A stretch of 64,000 nt of DNA from assembly GCA_965116885.1 (NCBI GenBank), contig OZ220741.1, positions 2,432,001 through 2,496,000 of the forward strand, given 5' to 3'. The translations under genes were made by a program, and so were the position numbers. The notes beneath the pieces are model-generated. The model made no database searches. It was not told the DNA's origin and worked only from the letters and a program-made list of their open reading frames with translations. Shown here piece by piece: positions 49,234 through 58,651 of the stretch; the first letter of the stretch is position 1; every line of letters starts with the position of its first letter. The DNA comes from Candidatus Latescibacterota bacterium. GTDB lineage: Bacteria > Latescibacterota > UBA2968.

Positions 49234-50226
49234 ATGGATCGGTTTAAGGATATCGGAGAGTTCGGTTTTATTGATCGCATTGCCGCGCACGCACAGCGCA
49301 GTCGGGTTCTGTGTGGGATTGGGGATGATTGCGCTGTTATGGCTGCCGGGCAGGCGCGCGTGCGATTGGTGACGGTTGATGCGATGGTTGAGGGTGTACA
49401 CTTTGTACCACAGGCACCGCCAGAAGGCGTGGGGTACAAATTACTGGCTGCGAGTTTGTCCGATGTGGCTGCTATGGGCGGGAAACCAACGGATGCGGTT
49501 GTGGCGGTTAGCGCGTCGGGTGATTGTGATGCGGGATATGTCGAGCGAATTTACAACGGGCTTTTTGCCTGTGCCGATCGGTTTGGTGTGGCTGTTGTGG
49601 GTGGTGATACAACGCGCACGTCTGGTGCGCTGGTTTTGAGTTTGACGCTTACGGGTGAGATGGTGCGAGATCAGGTGTGTTATCGGTCTGGCGCACAAGT
49701 GGGTGATGTGGTCTATGTATCGGGGACGCTGGGCGATGCTGCAGGTGGTTTGGGGGTGGTATTGGGTGACGTGGATCTGTCGGGTAAGGTGCAGACAGCG
49801 TTGTTACAAAGGCATTATCGACCCGAGCCGCGGTTGGATTTGGGACAGGCGTTGGCGGAAACAGGTGCGGTGACCGCGATGATCGATGTGTCGGATGGGT
49901 TGGCTTCGGATTTGAGCCATATTTGCCGGCAAAGTGGCGTGTCGGCTGTGATTCGAGCCGCGGCGATTCCCTTGTCGCGGGCGGTTGTAAAATTTTGTGA
50001 AGTGAGTGGTGAAGAGAAATTGGATCTCGCACTCACTGGCGGGGAAGATTTCGAGTTGCTATTTTCTGTGTCACACACACAGGTCGATAAGGTCGAGGCA
50101 TTGGGGTATTCGATTTGTCGCATTGGCGAGATTGTGGCTGGCGATGGCTATGTGATGATAGAAGATGAGAATGGAAAGCGCGTGCCATTAGAACAACTGG
50201 GTTATGATCATTTTGGAGGGGAGTAG
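49234..50226 (+). CDS. thiL: Thiamine-monophosphate kinase
   Basis: GEFGFI, GIGDDCA, EGVHF, LSDVAAMGG, GGDT, DVSDGLASDL, GGEDFEL. Confidence 0.95.
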   Translation: MDRFKDIGEFGFIDRIAAHAQRSRVLCGIGDDCAVMAAGQARVRLVTVDAMVEGVHFVPQAPPEGVGYKLLAASLSDVAAMGGKPTDAVVAVSASGDCDAGYVERIYNGLFACADRFGVAVVGGDTTRTSGALVLSLTLTGEMVRDQVCYRSGAQVGDVVYVSGTLGDAAGGLGVVLGDVDLSGKVQTALLQRHYRPEPRLDLGQALAETGAVTAMIDVSDGLASDLSHICRQSGVSAVIRAAAIPLSRAVVKFCEVSGEEKLDLALTGGEDFELLFSVSHTQVDKVEALGYSICRIGEIVAGDGYVMIEDENGKRVPLEQLGYDHFGGE

Positions 50227-50241
50227 CCAGGAAGGTGACCG

Positions 50242-50586
50242 CTAATTGTTGACCGCTACACGTTGTCGCTGGCGTTTTTTTTCTGAGCGCTGGCGTTTTT
50301 TTTCAAGGCGTTTTTCGATTGAAGATCGGTTGGGGCGGGTTTTAATACGCGGTTTGCGCTTTTTGTTGCGCTCGTTCAGGCGGTTTTGTAAACGCTCGAG
50401 GGCGAGTTGTTTGTTGCGGTGTTGTGAGCGGTGTTCTGTGGCGATGGCAGTAATACCTGTGGGTATGTGGATTGCGCGCACGGCGGTTTCAACTTTGTTG
50501 CGATGTTGGCCGCCGGGGCCAGACCCGCGCATGGTTTGAAATCGAACATCCTTCAGGAGCGCGTTGTTGTCGGTGTTTTTAGACAT
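50242..50586 (-). CDS. GGQ-domain peptidyl-tRNA hydrolase / ribosome rescue factor (ArfB-like)
   Basis: SGPGGQHRNK..TAVR, RSQ..NK..A, basic tail RKPRIKTRP.RSS.EKRL..K. Confidence 0.85.
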   Translation of the reverse strand: MSKNTDNNALLKDVRFQTMRGSGPGGQHRNKVETAVRAIHIPTGITAIATEHRSQHRNKQLALERLQNRLNERNKKRKPRIKTRPNRSSIEKRLEKKRQRSEKKRQRQRVAVNN

Positions 50587-50595
50587 TTTGAATTA

Positions 50596-50659
50596 TAAAA
50601 AAATAGCGGTCAGTTTTTAATGATCACCCATGAGACGCGATGGCACAAAACTGACCGCT
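50596..50659 (-). terminator. Terminator-like hairpin downstream of the S1 protein gene
   Basis: AGCGGTCAGTTTT...AAAACTGACCGCT inverted repeat with a T-run on the minus strand. Confidence 0.6.
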
Positions 50660-50672
50660 GAATTTTAATAGC

Positions 50673-51950
50673 TCAGGCCAGTCCTGCACGACGAAGGGCG
50701 TCGGCCATGGCATTGTCGCTTTGAGACTCTTGCGTTTGCTTGGATTTGAATGCGGCCATGTCCTCAATTTCGGCCGTTTGTCTATCTTGTTCTTCAATGG
50801 CGCGCATCGAAAGTGAGATGCGTTTTTTATCCGAATCGATTTCGCGGATCAAGGCTTTGACTTTTTGACCACTCGAAACGACTTCGTTGGGGTTTGAGAT
50901 GCGTTTCCCCGAAACGAACTGCGAGATGTGGATCAGCCCCTCAATACCGGGTTCAATTTCGACAAAGGCACCAAAATTTTGGATTGAAACGACTTTGCCG
51001 GTGATGATGCTGCCCGATTGGTAGCGCTCTGCTACCGTATCCCAGGGATCTTTTTCCAGTGCTTTGATGGAGAGCGATATGCGCTCATTTTTTTTTCCCA
51101 GATTTTTGAGGCCGATTATTTTGACGCGCACTTCTTCGCCTTTTTTTAAGACACTGCGCGGATTTTCTACGCGGGTGTGGCTGATTTCCGAGACGTGTAC
51201 CAGGCCTTCAACGCCTCCGAGGTCAACAAAAGAGCCGAAGCGTTCTATGCGTGTAATGGTTCCCGTTCTTTCTTCACCTTCCGAGAGTTGCTGGCGCATC
51301 TCGTCGGCTTTTTTGCGGTTTTCTTCTTCCAGATAAGCGCGGCGTGAAACGACGACATTGTTGCGTCCCCGCAGTTCAACAATTTTGAAGTTGTGGGTTT
51401 GGCCTGCATACGAAGCCGGGTCGTCGCAATATCCCGTGTCGATTTGCGACATGGGGCAGAATGCGCGAAGGCCGCCGATATTTACCACAAGGCCTCCGGT
51501 GTTGAAGCCAGTGACTTTGCCGGCGATGGGCATGTCGTTTTGATGTGCTTGACGCAGGAGTTGACGGCTGGAAACGCGCAGCGAAAATGCCAGGCGTATT
51601 TCGCCATCGGTGTTGGCGACGAAGGCTTCGATGGTATCGCCAGTTTTATATTTTAATTCGCCCGATTCGTCGCGCAGTTCTTGAATGTCTATTGATCCTT
51701 CACTGCGTCCTCCAAAGTCGATAAATGCTGTGGAGTCACCGATTTCGCGGATGGTTCCGGTGATTTTATCGCCAGTAGAGACTTCGCGGTAATTTTGCTT
51801 ATCGCTTTCTTCGAGCAGTGTGGCAAATTCGGTATCAGGTGTGTCTTCAGCGTATTTTTTGTCGAGTTCTTCGACAGTGGGCGCGTCGTCTGAAGGGGCA
51901 TTGGCTGGTGTATCGCCAGCCGTTTCGCGTGTTGTTTCGGGGGTGCTCAT
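50673..51950 (-). CDS. S1 RNA-binding domain protein (four S1 domains, RpsA-like)
   Basis: Repeated FG.FV.L.G.EGL.H.S S1 motifs, RISLS; probable ATG at 51950. Confidence 0.88.
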   Translation of the reverse strand: MSTPETTRETAGDTPANAPSDDAPTVEELDKKYAEDTPDTEFATLLEESDKQNYREVSTGDKITGTIREIGDSTAFIDFGGRSEGSIDIQELRDESGELKYKTGDTIEAFVANTDGEIRLAFSLRVSSRQLLRQAHQNDMPIAGKVTGFNTGGLVVNIGGLRAFCPMSQIDTGYCDDPASYAGQTHNFKIVELRGRNNVVVSRRAYLEEENRKKADEMRQQLSEGEERTGTITRIERFGSFVDLGGVEGLVHVSEISHTRVENPRSVLKKGEEVRVKIIGLKNLGKKNERISLSIKALEKDPWDTVAERYQSGSIITGKVVSIQNFGAFVEIEPGIEGLIHISQFVSGKRISNPNEVVSSGQKVKALIREIDSDKKRISLSMRAIEEQDRQTAEIEDMAAFKSKQTQESQSDNAMADALRRAGLA

Positions 51951-52148
51951 AGTTTGTGACCTGTGGAATTGTTTTTGAGGGACGGGGGTTATTAGGCAGA
52001 ACAAATAATCTATAAAGGATACTGAAAATAAGCAACCAAATTTTCCTCCTCAGGCGGGCGTTTAAATTCACCCCGGTCTTATATCTGCCTTAAAAAAGTG
52101 ACATTTTGATCTGTGTGATGTGTTAAAAAATAAAGCGATGGATTGTTT

Positions 52149-52616
52149 ATGAATGTCGAATTGTTATATCAAAAATACGGTCCCATGGTGTTGCGGCGAT
52201 GCCGGCGGTTGTTGCGAGATGAAGATTGCGCCATGGATGCGATGCAGGATGTGTTTGTGCGGGTATTGCAACGCGGAGATCGTTTGAAAGCGATCTATCC
52301 GTCGAGTTTGCTGTATCGCATTGCGACCAATGTGTGTTTGAATCGCATTCGTGACCAGCGGCTCGATCTGCCGGGCGATGAGGTGTTGATGCATATTGCG
52401 GGGATGGAAGATCCAGAACCTCGATTGGATGCCCGGGCGATGCTGGACCGGCTTTTTGCGCGACATAGAGATTCGACGCGAACAATTGCGGTTTTGCATT
52501 TTGTGGATGGGTTAACATTGGCGGAAGTTGCTCAAGAAGTGGGGATGTCGGTTTCTGGGGTGCGAAAGCGGTTGCGGGGGTTGCGAGAATCGCTGGAGAA
52601 GTTGGAGGAGCTATGA
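52149..52616 (+). CDS. ECF sigma factor
   Basis: LY.KYGPMV.RRC, DAMQDVF, LYRIATNVCLN, T..EVA...GMSVSGVRKRL. Confidence 0.88.
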   Translation: MNVELLYQKYGPMVLRRCRRLLRDEDCAMDAMQDVFVRVLQRGDRLKAIYPSSLLYRIATNVCLNRIRDQRLDLPGDEVLMHIAGMEDPEPRLDARAMLDRLFARHRDSTRTIAVLHFVDGLTLAEVAQEVGMSVSGVRKRLRGLRESLEKLEEL

Positions 52617-53371
52617 CGAGACAATGCGGTGATTGGGAACTGGAGCGTTTTCGACTGGGTGAATTGCCAGAAGAAGAAATGGAAGCTATTCAAAGGGCGC
52701 TGGATGCGGATCCAGATTTGAGGACGCGTTTGGAGGCATTGGAAGGGTCAGATCGGGAAATTCACATGTCCTATCCGGCTGATTGGGTGGCGCAGCAGGT
52801 GGCGCGGCGTTTGCAGAGACGAGAGGTGCCGAGTATATCGCGGTTCGATCCGCGTTTTGCATTGGTCGCTGTGATTTTGCTGGCCGCTGTTTTTGCGATC
52901 TATTTGCCGGGGCCTGAAGTGCCGCCGACCTGGGATCGAAAAGGTGTGGATGGCATTCGGTTAAAAGGCGTAAAGCCGGATTTGTTGTTGTATCGAAAAA
53001 GGGCGTCTGAGGTTGAACAATTGGCGGATAGCAGTGTGGCTTATGCGGGTGATTTAATTCAGATTTTTTATCGCGCAGCGGGCAAGCCTTTTGGGGTGAT
53101 TGTGTCTGTGGATGGGCGCGGTACTGTGACGCGGCATTTGCCCGCTTCGGGAACAAGTGCCGTGCGGTTGATACAGGGCGATCCCGTGCCGCTGGATTAT
53201 TCTTATGAACTGGATGATGCCCCGAAGTGGGAACGGTTTTATTTTTTGACAGCAGATGCGTCTTTTGATGTGCGCGATGTGACACAAGCGGCAAAGGAAG
53301 GGCTCGATTCATTGCGGGTGGGAAGAGAATTTGAGCAGTTTGCCATTACGCTTTACAAAGGGGGCAGGTGA
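52613..53371 (+). CDS. Putative transmembrane anti-sigma factor (ActD-like)
   Basis: LERF.LGEL N-terminus, one TM, 'IRLKG', GD.IQ, SVDGRG.VT.H.P, YELDDAP.WERF; ATGA overlap with sigma gene. Confidence 0.7.
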   Translation: MTRQCGDWELERFRLGELPEEEMEAIQRALDADPDLRTRLEALEGSDREIHMSYPADWVAQQVARRLQRREVPSISRFDPRFALVAVILLAAVFAIYLPGPEVPPTWDRKGVDGIRLKGVKPDLLLYRKRASEVEQLADSSVAYAGDLIQIFYRAAGKPFGVIVSVDGRGTVTRHLPASGTSAVRLIQGDPVPLDYSYELDDAPKWERFYFLTADASFDVRDVTQAAKEGLDSLRVGREFEQFAITLYKGGR

Positions 53372-54933
53372 TGTTGCGCCGATGGACAGTACTGTTGGGG
53401 ATCGGTCTGCTGTTATGTGCTCAGGGAATTGAGGCATCACAAGTTGTGCGGCGTTTTGTGTTGGCGGCTGGTGCAAATTTTGGTGGGGAGAAACGCACGC
53501 CTCTGCGTTATGCCGTATCGGATGCAAAACATTTTGCTCGTGTTTTAAAGATGATGGGTGGGGTTGAATCTGAGGATCAATTTTTGTTGGCCGAGCCGAG
53601 TTTGGAAAATTTTAAACGGGTTTTGGTGGATTTGCAAACCCGGGTCATAAAAGCATCCCAATCGTCGAGTCGCATCGAAGTTGTCCTGTATTATTCCGGG
53701 CATGCCGATGAAAATGGGTTGCTGTTGGGAGAAGATCGGTTGACCTATCGCGCTTTGCGAGATGCAATGAATAGCGTTCAGGCGGATGTGCATATTACTG
53801 TGCTCGATGCGTGTGCTTCGGGTGCTATTACGCGCCTGAAAGGCGGGCAAAGGCAAAAAGCCTTTATGGTCGATACGTCGTCGGATATGCGGGGGTATGC
53901 GTTTTTGACTTCGAGTTCCGAAAATGAGGCTGCACAAGAATCGGATCGCATTCGCGGGTCGTTTTTCACGCATTATCTGGTGTCTGGCTTGCGGGGGGCA
54001 GCAGATGTGACTGGTGATGGTAAGGTGACACTCAGCGAAGCGTATGCGTTTGCATTTCGCAATACGCTGAAGCGAACGGAAAAAACTCAGGGAGGGGCAC
54101 AGCATCCGGCTTATGATATTAAGATGACGGGTACAGGTGATGTGGTGATGACCGATGTGCGAGAGACGTCGGCGAGTTTGATTTTGTCAGATGAGTTGAA
54201 TGGCCGATTTTTTGTGCGTAATTCGCAGGAGCAACTGGTGGCAGAGTTGGACAAGTCCGCCGGGCAAACGCTCGAGTTGGGATTAGAACCCGAGGTTTAT
54301 GACGTTCATTTTGAACAGCGAACGCAATTGTTGCATTCAAAGGTCGCTTTAAAAAGGGGTGAGCGGTTTTTGCTTGAGAATCGGCATTTTCGCTCTCAAG
54401 TGCGCGAAAAAACCACGAGCCGAGGGCCTGCGTTGAGGAAGCCAGCGACCGGGACATCTGCCCGCTATCCACACAGACTATCCGGCAGATGGCGTCTTGA
54501 ACGCAGTAGGGGTGCCTGGCAACTGGGGGATGATAGCAAAGCCTGGATTTTTGGATTCTGGCCCACGGAACATGTTTCGATCAACTATTCTCGTTCGGGA
54601 TTTTCGGTTGCTGACGATACAAAAACGGGTGTGTCATCGGAACTGGTCAGTCTGCGTATTTATATGCCTTTGAATATGTGGCGTTCACCTTTGCGCCCTT
54701 ATGCCGAAGGAGGCGTCGGTCGATACACGGGTAAAGTATTGGATGAGAATGTCGATGAAGTGAATGGGTTGTATTGGGGTGGTGGACTGGATGTGCCGTT
54801 TATGAAGTTTTTTGTTCTGGGTGGACGCATAGGCTATAACCGGTTTGTCGAGCCTTTTGCTGTGCCGGTGGATGGGCAAACGGATTATAGTGGAATGGAG
54901 TACAGCGTGGGGTTGGGGTTGTTGTTATTCTGA
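53368..54933 (+). CDS. Secreted caspase-family (C14) protease with C-terminal outer-membrane beta-barrel-like domain
   Basis: Signal peptide; LRYA.SDA, YYSGH, LDAC His/Cys dyad, FTHYL..GLRGAAD; amphipathic strands ending in F. Confidence 0.82.
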   Translation: MMLRRWTVLLGIGLLLCAQGIEASQVVRRFVLAAGANFGGEKRTPLRYAVSDAKHFARVLKMMGGVESEDQFLLAEPSLENFKRVLVDLQTRVIKASQSSSRIEVVLYYSGHADENGLLLGEDRLTYRALRDAMNSVQADVHITVLDACASGAITRLKGGQRQKAFMVDTSSDMRGYAFLTSSSENEAAQESDRIRGSFFTHYLVSGLRGAADVTGDGKVTLSEAYAFAFRNTLKRTEKTQGGAQHPAYDIKMTGTGDVVMTDVRETSASLILSDELNGRFFVRNSQEQLVAELDKSAGQTLELGLEPEVYDVHFEQRTQLLHSKVALKRGERFLLENRHFRSQVREKTTSRGPALRKPATGTSARYPHRLSGRWRLERSRGAWQLGDDSKAWIFGFWPTEHVSINYSRSGFSVADDTKTGVSSELVSLRIYMPLNMWRSPLRPYAEGGVGRYTGKVLDENVDEVNGLYWGGGLDVPFMKFFVLGGRIGYNRFVEPFAVPVDGQTDYSGMEYSVGLGLLLF

Positions 54934-54945
54934 TTGGAGGGGAAT

Positions 54946-56625
54946 ATGTGCCGAATGATTTTGTACGCGATTGTCATTTGTTTTTTCATTTCTGAAATTG
55001 CGAATGCACAAGAAGATATGTCCAGTCATTTGGGTTATGTAGAGGTTGAATCACTGGATGTGTTCGAGGCCAGGAATGTCACTGTGGATGTGTCTATTGG
55101 ACAGTTGATGTTGAAGCAGGTCGCTGAAAAGGTCAGGAGTAAAAATGAAAAAGTCTGCGAAGCCTTATCAGATCTGAAGCTGGTGCGCGTGCATACTCTG
55201 TCGGTTGGTGAGATTGCAATGCGTATGGACAAAATTGTGCGATATTTAGATGCGATGGGTTGGGAGATAACCGTTCAGTCGTGGAAGAAACACGAGCGCG
55301 TATCGATATATTTCCAGAAGGAAGCGGATGATATTATTGGCCTGTTTGCAATGGTCCATGATCGCAAGGCTGGCACTTTAACGCTGGTCAATGTGGTTGG
55401 CGTTATTCAAGTTGATGAAATGGGAACTGTTGGTCGAGAATTAGAGGTGGAGGCGTTTGGTCGCATTGCTCGTTTATTGCCCGGATATAAACCGCCTGTC
55501 TCCCACATAGCACACCACCGCCTGGGTTCCTGGAAGGCGCATATTCCCCCATTTTCGAATATTTGGCGCGTTGATCACGAAGATTTTTTGGTGCGTTACA
55601 ATCGCGTGGATGGCGTTTTTATTGGCTGGCGCTTGCCATTGAAATATCGCTCCTCGCGCGGGGTGGCACACTATGGCGAAGTGGGGTATGGGTTTGGGAG
55701 TGATCGATGGGATTATCAGGCGGGTGCGGAGTTTTTTTCTTTTTCTGGTGCGTCAAAGGACAACATCGCTGGGCTGGGTTTTGAACTTCACGGGTTGACA
55801 AATACGCAAGATAATTGGCGAATTGATGAGATAGAAAATTCGATTTTTGCCTTTTTGTTGCGGCGCGATTTTAGAGACTATTATCGTCGGGAGGGTGCCA
55901 GTACTTATATTTTTCGGGATTTTGACCGGATGGTAGAGGTTCGGGCACAAGTGGGTGTAGATGTTTTTGAATCGATGCCCAATAGCATTTCCTGGAATCT
56001 ATTTGGCGATCGATGGGGCAGTCGAATGAATTTTCGGCCCAATCCAGAGATTGAGGCCGGGCAAATGCGGGGTGTAATGGGTACACTACAGTTAGATAGT
56101 CGTGCGAGCCGAAGGTCTCGACAGGGATGGCGTTTAATGGCACAGGCTGAGAAGGCAGGTGGTATTTTGGGTGGCGATTTTGATTTTGAACGCTATATCC
56201 TGGATGTGCGCCGCTATCAGTATGCGGGACGTGGAACCCAATTGAATTTGCGCGTTCGCGCGGGTACCGGACGAGGACATGTGCCCGTGCAATTTCTCTA
56301 TCGTCTCGGGGGTCCTTCTTCGCTTAGGGGTTATGGATTGAATGCTTATGAGGGAGATCGCATGGTGTTGTTTAATGCGATTTATTGGGTTGATGGCGAA
56401 GCGCATTTTAGGGATGATTGGCCTCTGGATGATGTTGGCATCGGTGTGTTTTTTGATGCGGGTAAGGCGTGGTTTTCAGATTGGGAGCCTGTTGGTACAC
56501 GGGTTGTGACGAGCGCGGGGTTTGGATTAAAGACCGATAATTTGCGCGTGTTTTTTGCCCGTCCGCTGGATGCGAATGATCCGGTTGATTGGCGGGTTTG
56601 GGTACGGTTTCGGCGGGCTTTTTAG
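54946..56625 (+). CDS. Outer-membrane protein: DUF4252-like N-terminus plus Omp85/TamA-like barrel
   Basis: Signal peptide; RYNRVDG, LGG.SSLRGY, FFDAGKAW, C-terminal RRAF. Confidence 0.65.
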   Translation: MCRMILYAIVICFFISEIANAQEDMSSHLGYVEVESLDVFEARNVTVDVSIGQLMLKQVAEKVRSKNEKVCEALSDLKLVRVHTLSVGEIAMRMDKIVRYLDAMGWEITVQSWKKHERVSIYFQKEADDIIGLFAMVHDRKAGTLTLVNVVGVIQVDEMGTVGRELEVEAFGRIARLLPGYKPPVSHIAHHRLGSWKAHIPPFSNIWRVDHEDFLVRYNRVDGVFIGWRLPLKYRSSRGVAHYGEVGYGFGSDRWDYQAGAEFFSFSGASKDNIAGLGFELHGLTNTQDNWRIDEIENSIFAFLLRRDFRDYYRREGASTYIFRDFDRMVEVRAQVGVDVFESMPNSISWNLFGDRWGSRMNFRPNPEIEAGQMRGVMGTLQLDSRASRRSRQGWRLMAQAEKAGGILGGDFDFERYILDVRRYQYAGRGTQLNLRVRAGTGRGHVPVQFLYRLGGPSSLRGYGLNAYEGDRMVLFNAIYWVDGEAHFRDDWPLDDVGIGVFFDAGKAWFSDWEPVGTRVVTSAGFGLKTDNLRVFFARPLDANDPVDWRVWVRFRRAF

Positions 56626-56644
56626 ATTATAGCACCAATGATGA

Positions 56645-56887
56645 GAGAAGTCCAAAGGAGGAAGACGCAATGTTTGGTCGCGTTTTGGCTCTTATGATGG
56701 TACTCAGATTGCGTTTGTTTCTGAGCGTGGAGATAATGATGTGATCTATGTGATGAATGCCGATGGCAGCAATCCTATCCAATTGACGCAGAATTATCGC
56801 GATATTGACTATCTCGCCTGGTCCTCTGATGGCTCTGAGATTATCATTTTTTTAGATCGCGATGATGATGACTATGATGACGATTGA
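56645..56887 (+). pseudogene. Remnant of a TolB/PD40 (WD40-like) repeat protein
   Basis: Frame reads SYDGTQIAFVSERGDNDVIYVMNADGSNPIQLT...AWSSDGSEII; the RBS-linked ATG at 56670 is out of frame. Confidence 0.7.
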
Positions 56888-57132
56888 TGCCTCATTGGTG
56901 GATACCGGCCAAAGTAAGGTATGAGATGTAGGGGCGCGCTTTTGGAAAGTGGAACGGATCGCATTTTTGAGACAGCGATTGAGATTTTGGTAAAAAAATG
57001 AAAGGAGGAATCAGCTCTCTCTGAAATTCTTCTTCATTCTCGTTGCATCCGCAGTTAAATGTTATTACAATTTGTTGAATTTTCAGATCGTTAAAATATT
57101 TTACTGCACCGCGACAAGAGGGGAAGGAAAAC

Positions 57133-57555
57133 ATGTCACAAAATAATTCTGCTATTGCACCAGAACTCGTCAACCAATTTGTCCAGGATGCCCACGGTGA
57201 CTTCGACAGTGTAAAAAAGCTGCTTGAGAAAGAACCGGCACTCGTCAATTCTTCCTGGGATTGGGGCGGCGGCGACTGGGAAACAGGACTGGGCGCGGCA
57301 GCACACATGGGTCGCAAGGACATTGCCGAGTTTTTGCTGAACAAGGGCGTGCGTATCGATTTGTTTGCGGCGGCCATGCTGGGCAAGCTCGAAATCGTAC
57401 AGGCGGTGGTGAACGACAATCCAGCGGTTGTAAATGAAAAGGGACCACACGGGATCCCGCTGATGATCCATGCCAAAAAGGGAGGCAAGGAAGCCGCAGA
57501 AGTTGTGAAGTTTCTGCAGTCTGTTGGCAATTCGGTCAAGAAAATGAATCGTTAA
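57133..57555 (+). CDS. Ankyrin repeat protein
   Basis: AHGDFDSVKKLL..EP.LVN, ETGLGAAAHMG...IAEFLL.KG, GPHGIPL..HA. Confidence 0.85.
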   Translation: MSQNNSAIAPELVNQFVQDAHGDFDSVKKLLEKEPALVNSSWDWGGGDWETGLGAAAHMGRKDIAEFLLNKGVRIDLFAAAMLGKLEIVQAVVNDNPAVVNEKGPHGIPLMIHAKKGGKEAAEVVKFLQSVGNSVKKMNR

Positions 57556-58651
57556 TCAGGCGGCGGACGACTTCGGCGGGGTCGCCAGTGAGGGCGAGGA
57601 GGTCCATTTGTCGTTGTGCCCAGGTGGGTTGGTGAGCCATGTCGAGGACGTGTTTGAGATAGGATACGCAATTGAGTTGTTCGGCCATGGGGAGCAGTTT
57701 TTCGACGAGTTCCTCGGTTATTTGTGGGACTGATTTGAGGTCGTGAGAGGTGGAATCGACCAGTTGTGCATCAATGCCGTATCGGGAGGCGTGCCATTTG
57801 TTTTGACGGATGAGCATGGGGTGGCTGTCGTGTTGATAGATCCCCTGATCGATTTCGTCGGACAGATTGCAAATTAAACACTGTACGAGTGCGACCAATC
57901 CCAATGTGTCTTCAAGAGTGCCGGGGATGTCGCAAATGCGGACTTCAACGGTGCCAAATGCGTGGTGCGGACGCACGTCCCACCAGATTTCTCGGATGGA
58001 TTCGATATAGCCAGTGTCGATGAGGTGGTTGATTAGCCAGACATATTCACTCCAGTTGCGCATTAAGGGGGGTAGCCCAGCAGTGGGGAGGCCCTCCATT
58101 ACTTTTGATCGCCAGGAGTGCAAGCCCGTGACCCGCCCCTCCCAGAATGGGCTGTTACAAGAAAGTGCCAGCAAGACGGGCAAATAGCGCAGTATTCGGT
58201 CGCAGATCATTATGGCTTTGTCACCGCTGTTGACGCCTACGTGTACGTGGAGGCCAAATGTGACCAGTTGTCGGGCGGTGTCCTGGAGCAGGTTGACGAG
58301 GCCCATATATCGATCATTGGGTGTGATTTTTTGTTCGCGCCAGGTGGAAAATGGGTGCGTGCCGGACCAGTAGAGTTGGACATTCTCGGCGGCCGCTACG
58401 CTGGATAGTGTCTGGAGTTTGGGCTTGAGATCGGCTTCTACATGGCTGACACTTTCACATATATCGGTGTTGATTTCGACATAACACTGCATTAGTTCGG
58501 GCTTGATTTTGTCGGCATATTCGTCGGGAATGCGATTGAGTATCGCGGCGTTTTTGCTGCACAAAGCCATGGTGTTGGCATCGACCAGAGCCAGTTCTAT
58601 TTCCACGCCGAGGGTGGGTTGAATACTGGGATTAAATTCAAGTCGGGTCAT
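57536..58651 (-). CDS. Carboxylate-amine ligase, YbdK/GCS2 glutamate--cysteine ligase family
   Basis: TLGVEIEL, GTHPF, FGLHVHVG, SCNSPFW, WWDVRP, GTVEVRICD. Confidence 0.9.
   Translation of the reverse strand: MTRLEFNPSIQPTLGVEIELALVDANTMALCSKNAAILNRIPDEYADKIKPELMQCYVEINTDICESVSHVEADLKPKLQTLSSVAAAENVQLYWSGTHPFSTWREQKITPNDRYMGLVNLLQDTARQLVTFGLHVHVGVNSGDKAIMICDRILRYLPVLLALSCNSPFWEGRVTGLHSWRSKVMEGLPTAGLPPLMRNWSEYVWLINHLIDTGYIESIREIWWDVRPHHAFGTVEVRICDIPGTLEDTLGLVALVQCLICNLSDEIDQGIYQHDSHPMLIRQNKWHASRYGIDAQLVDSTSHDLKSVPQITEELVEKLLPMAEQLNCVSYLKHVLDMAHQPTWAQRQMDLLALTGDPAEVVRRLINDSFS

Noticed and set aside
52098..52125. Possible autoregulatory ECF promoter (GTGAC...GTGTT)
   Set aside because: Single instance with no consensus available to test from this window
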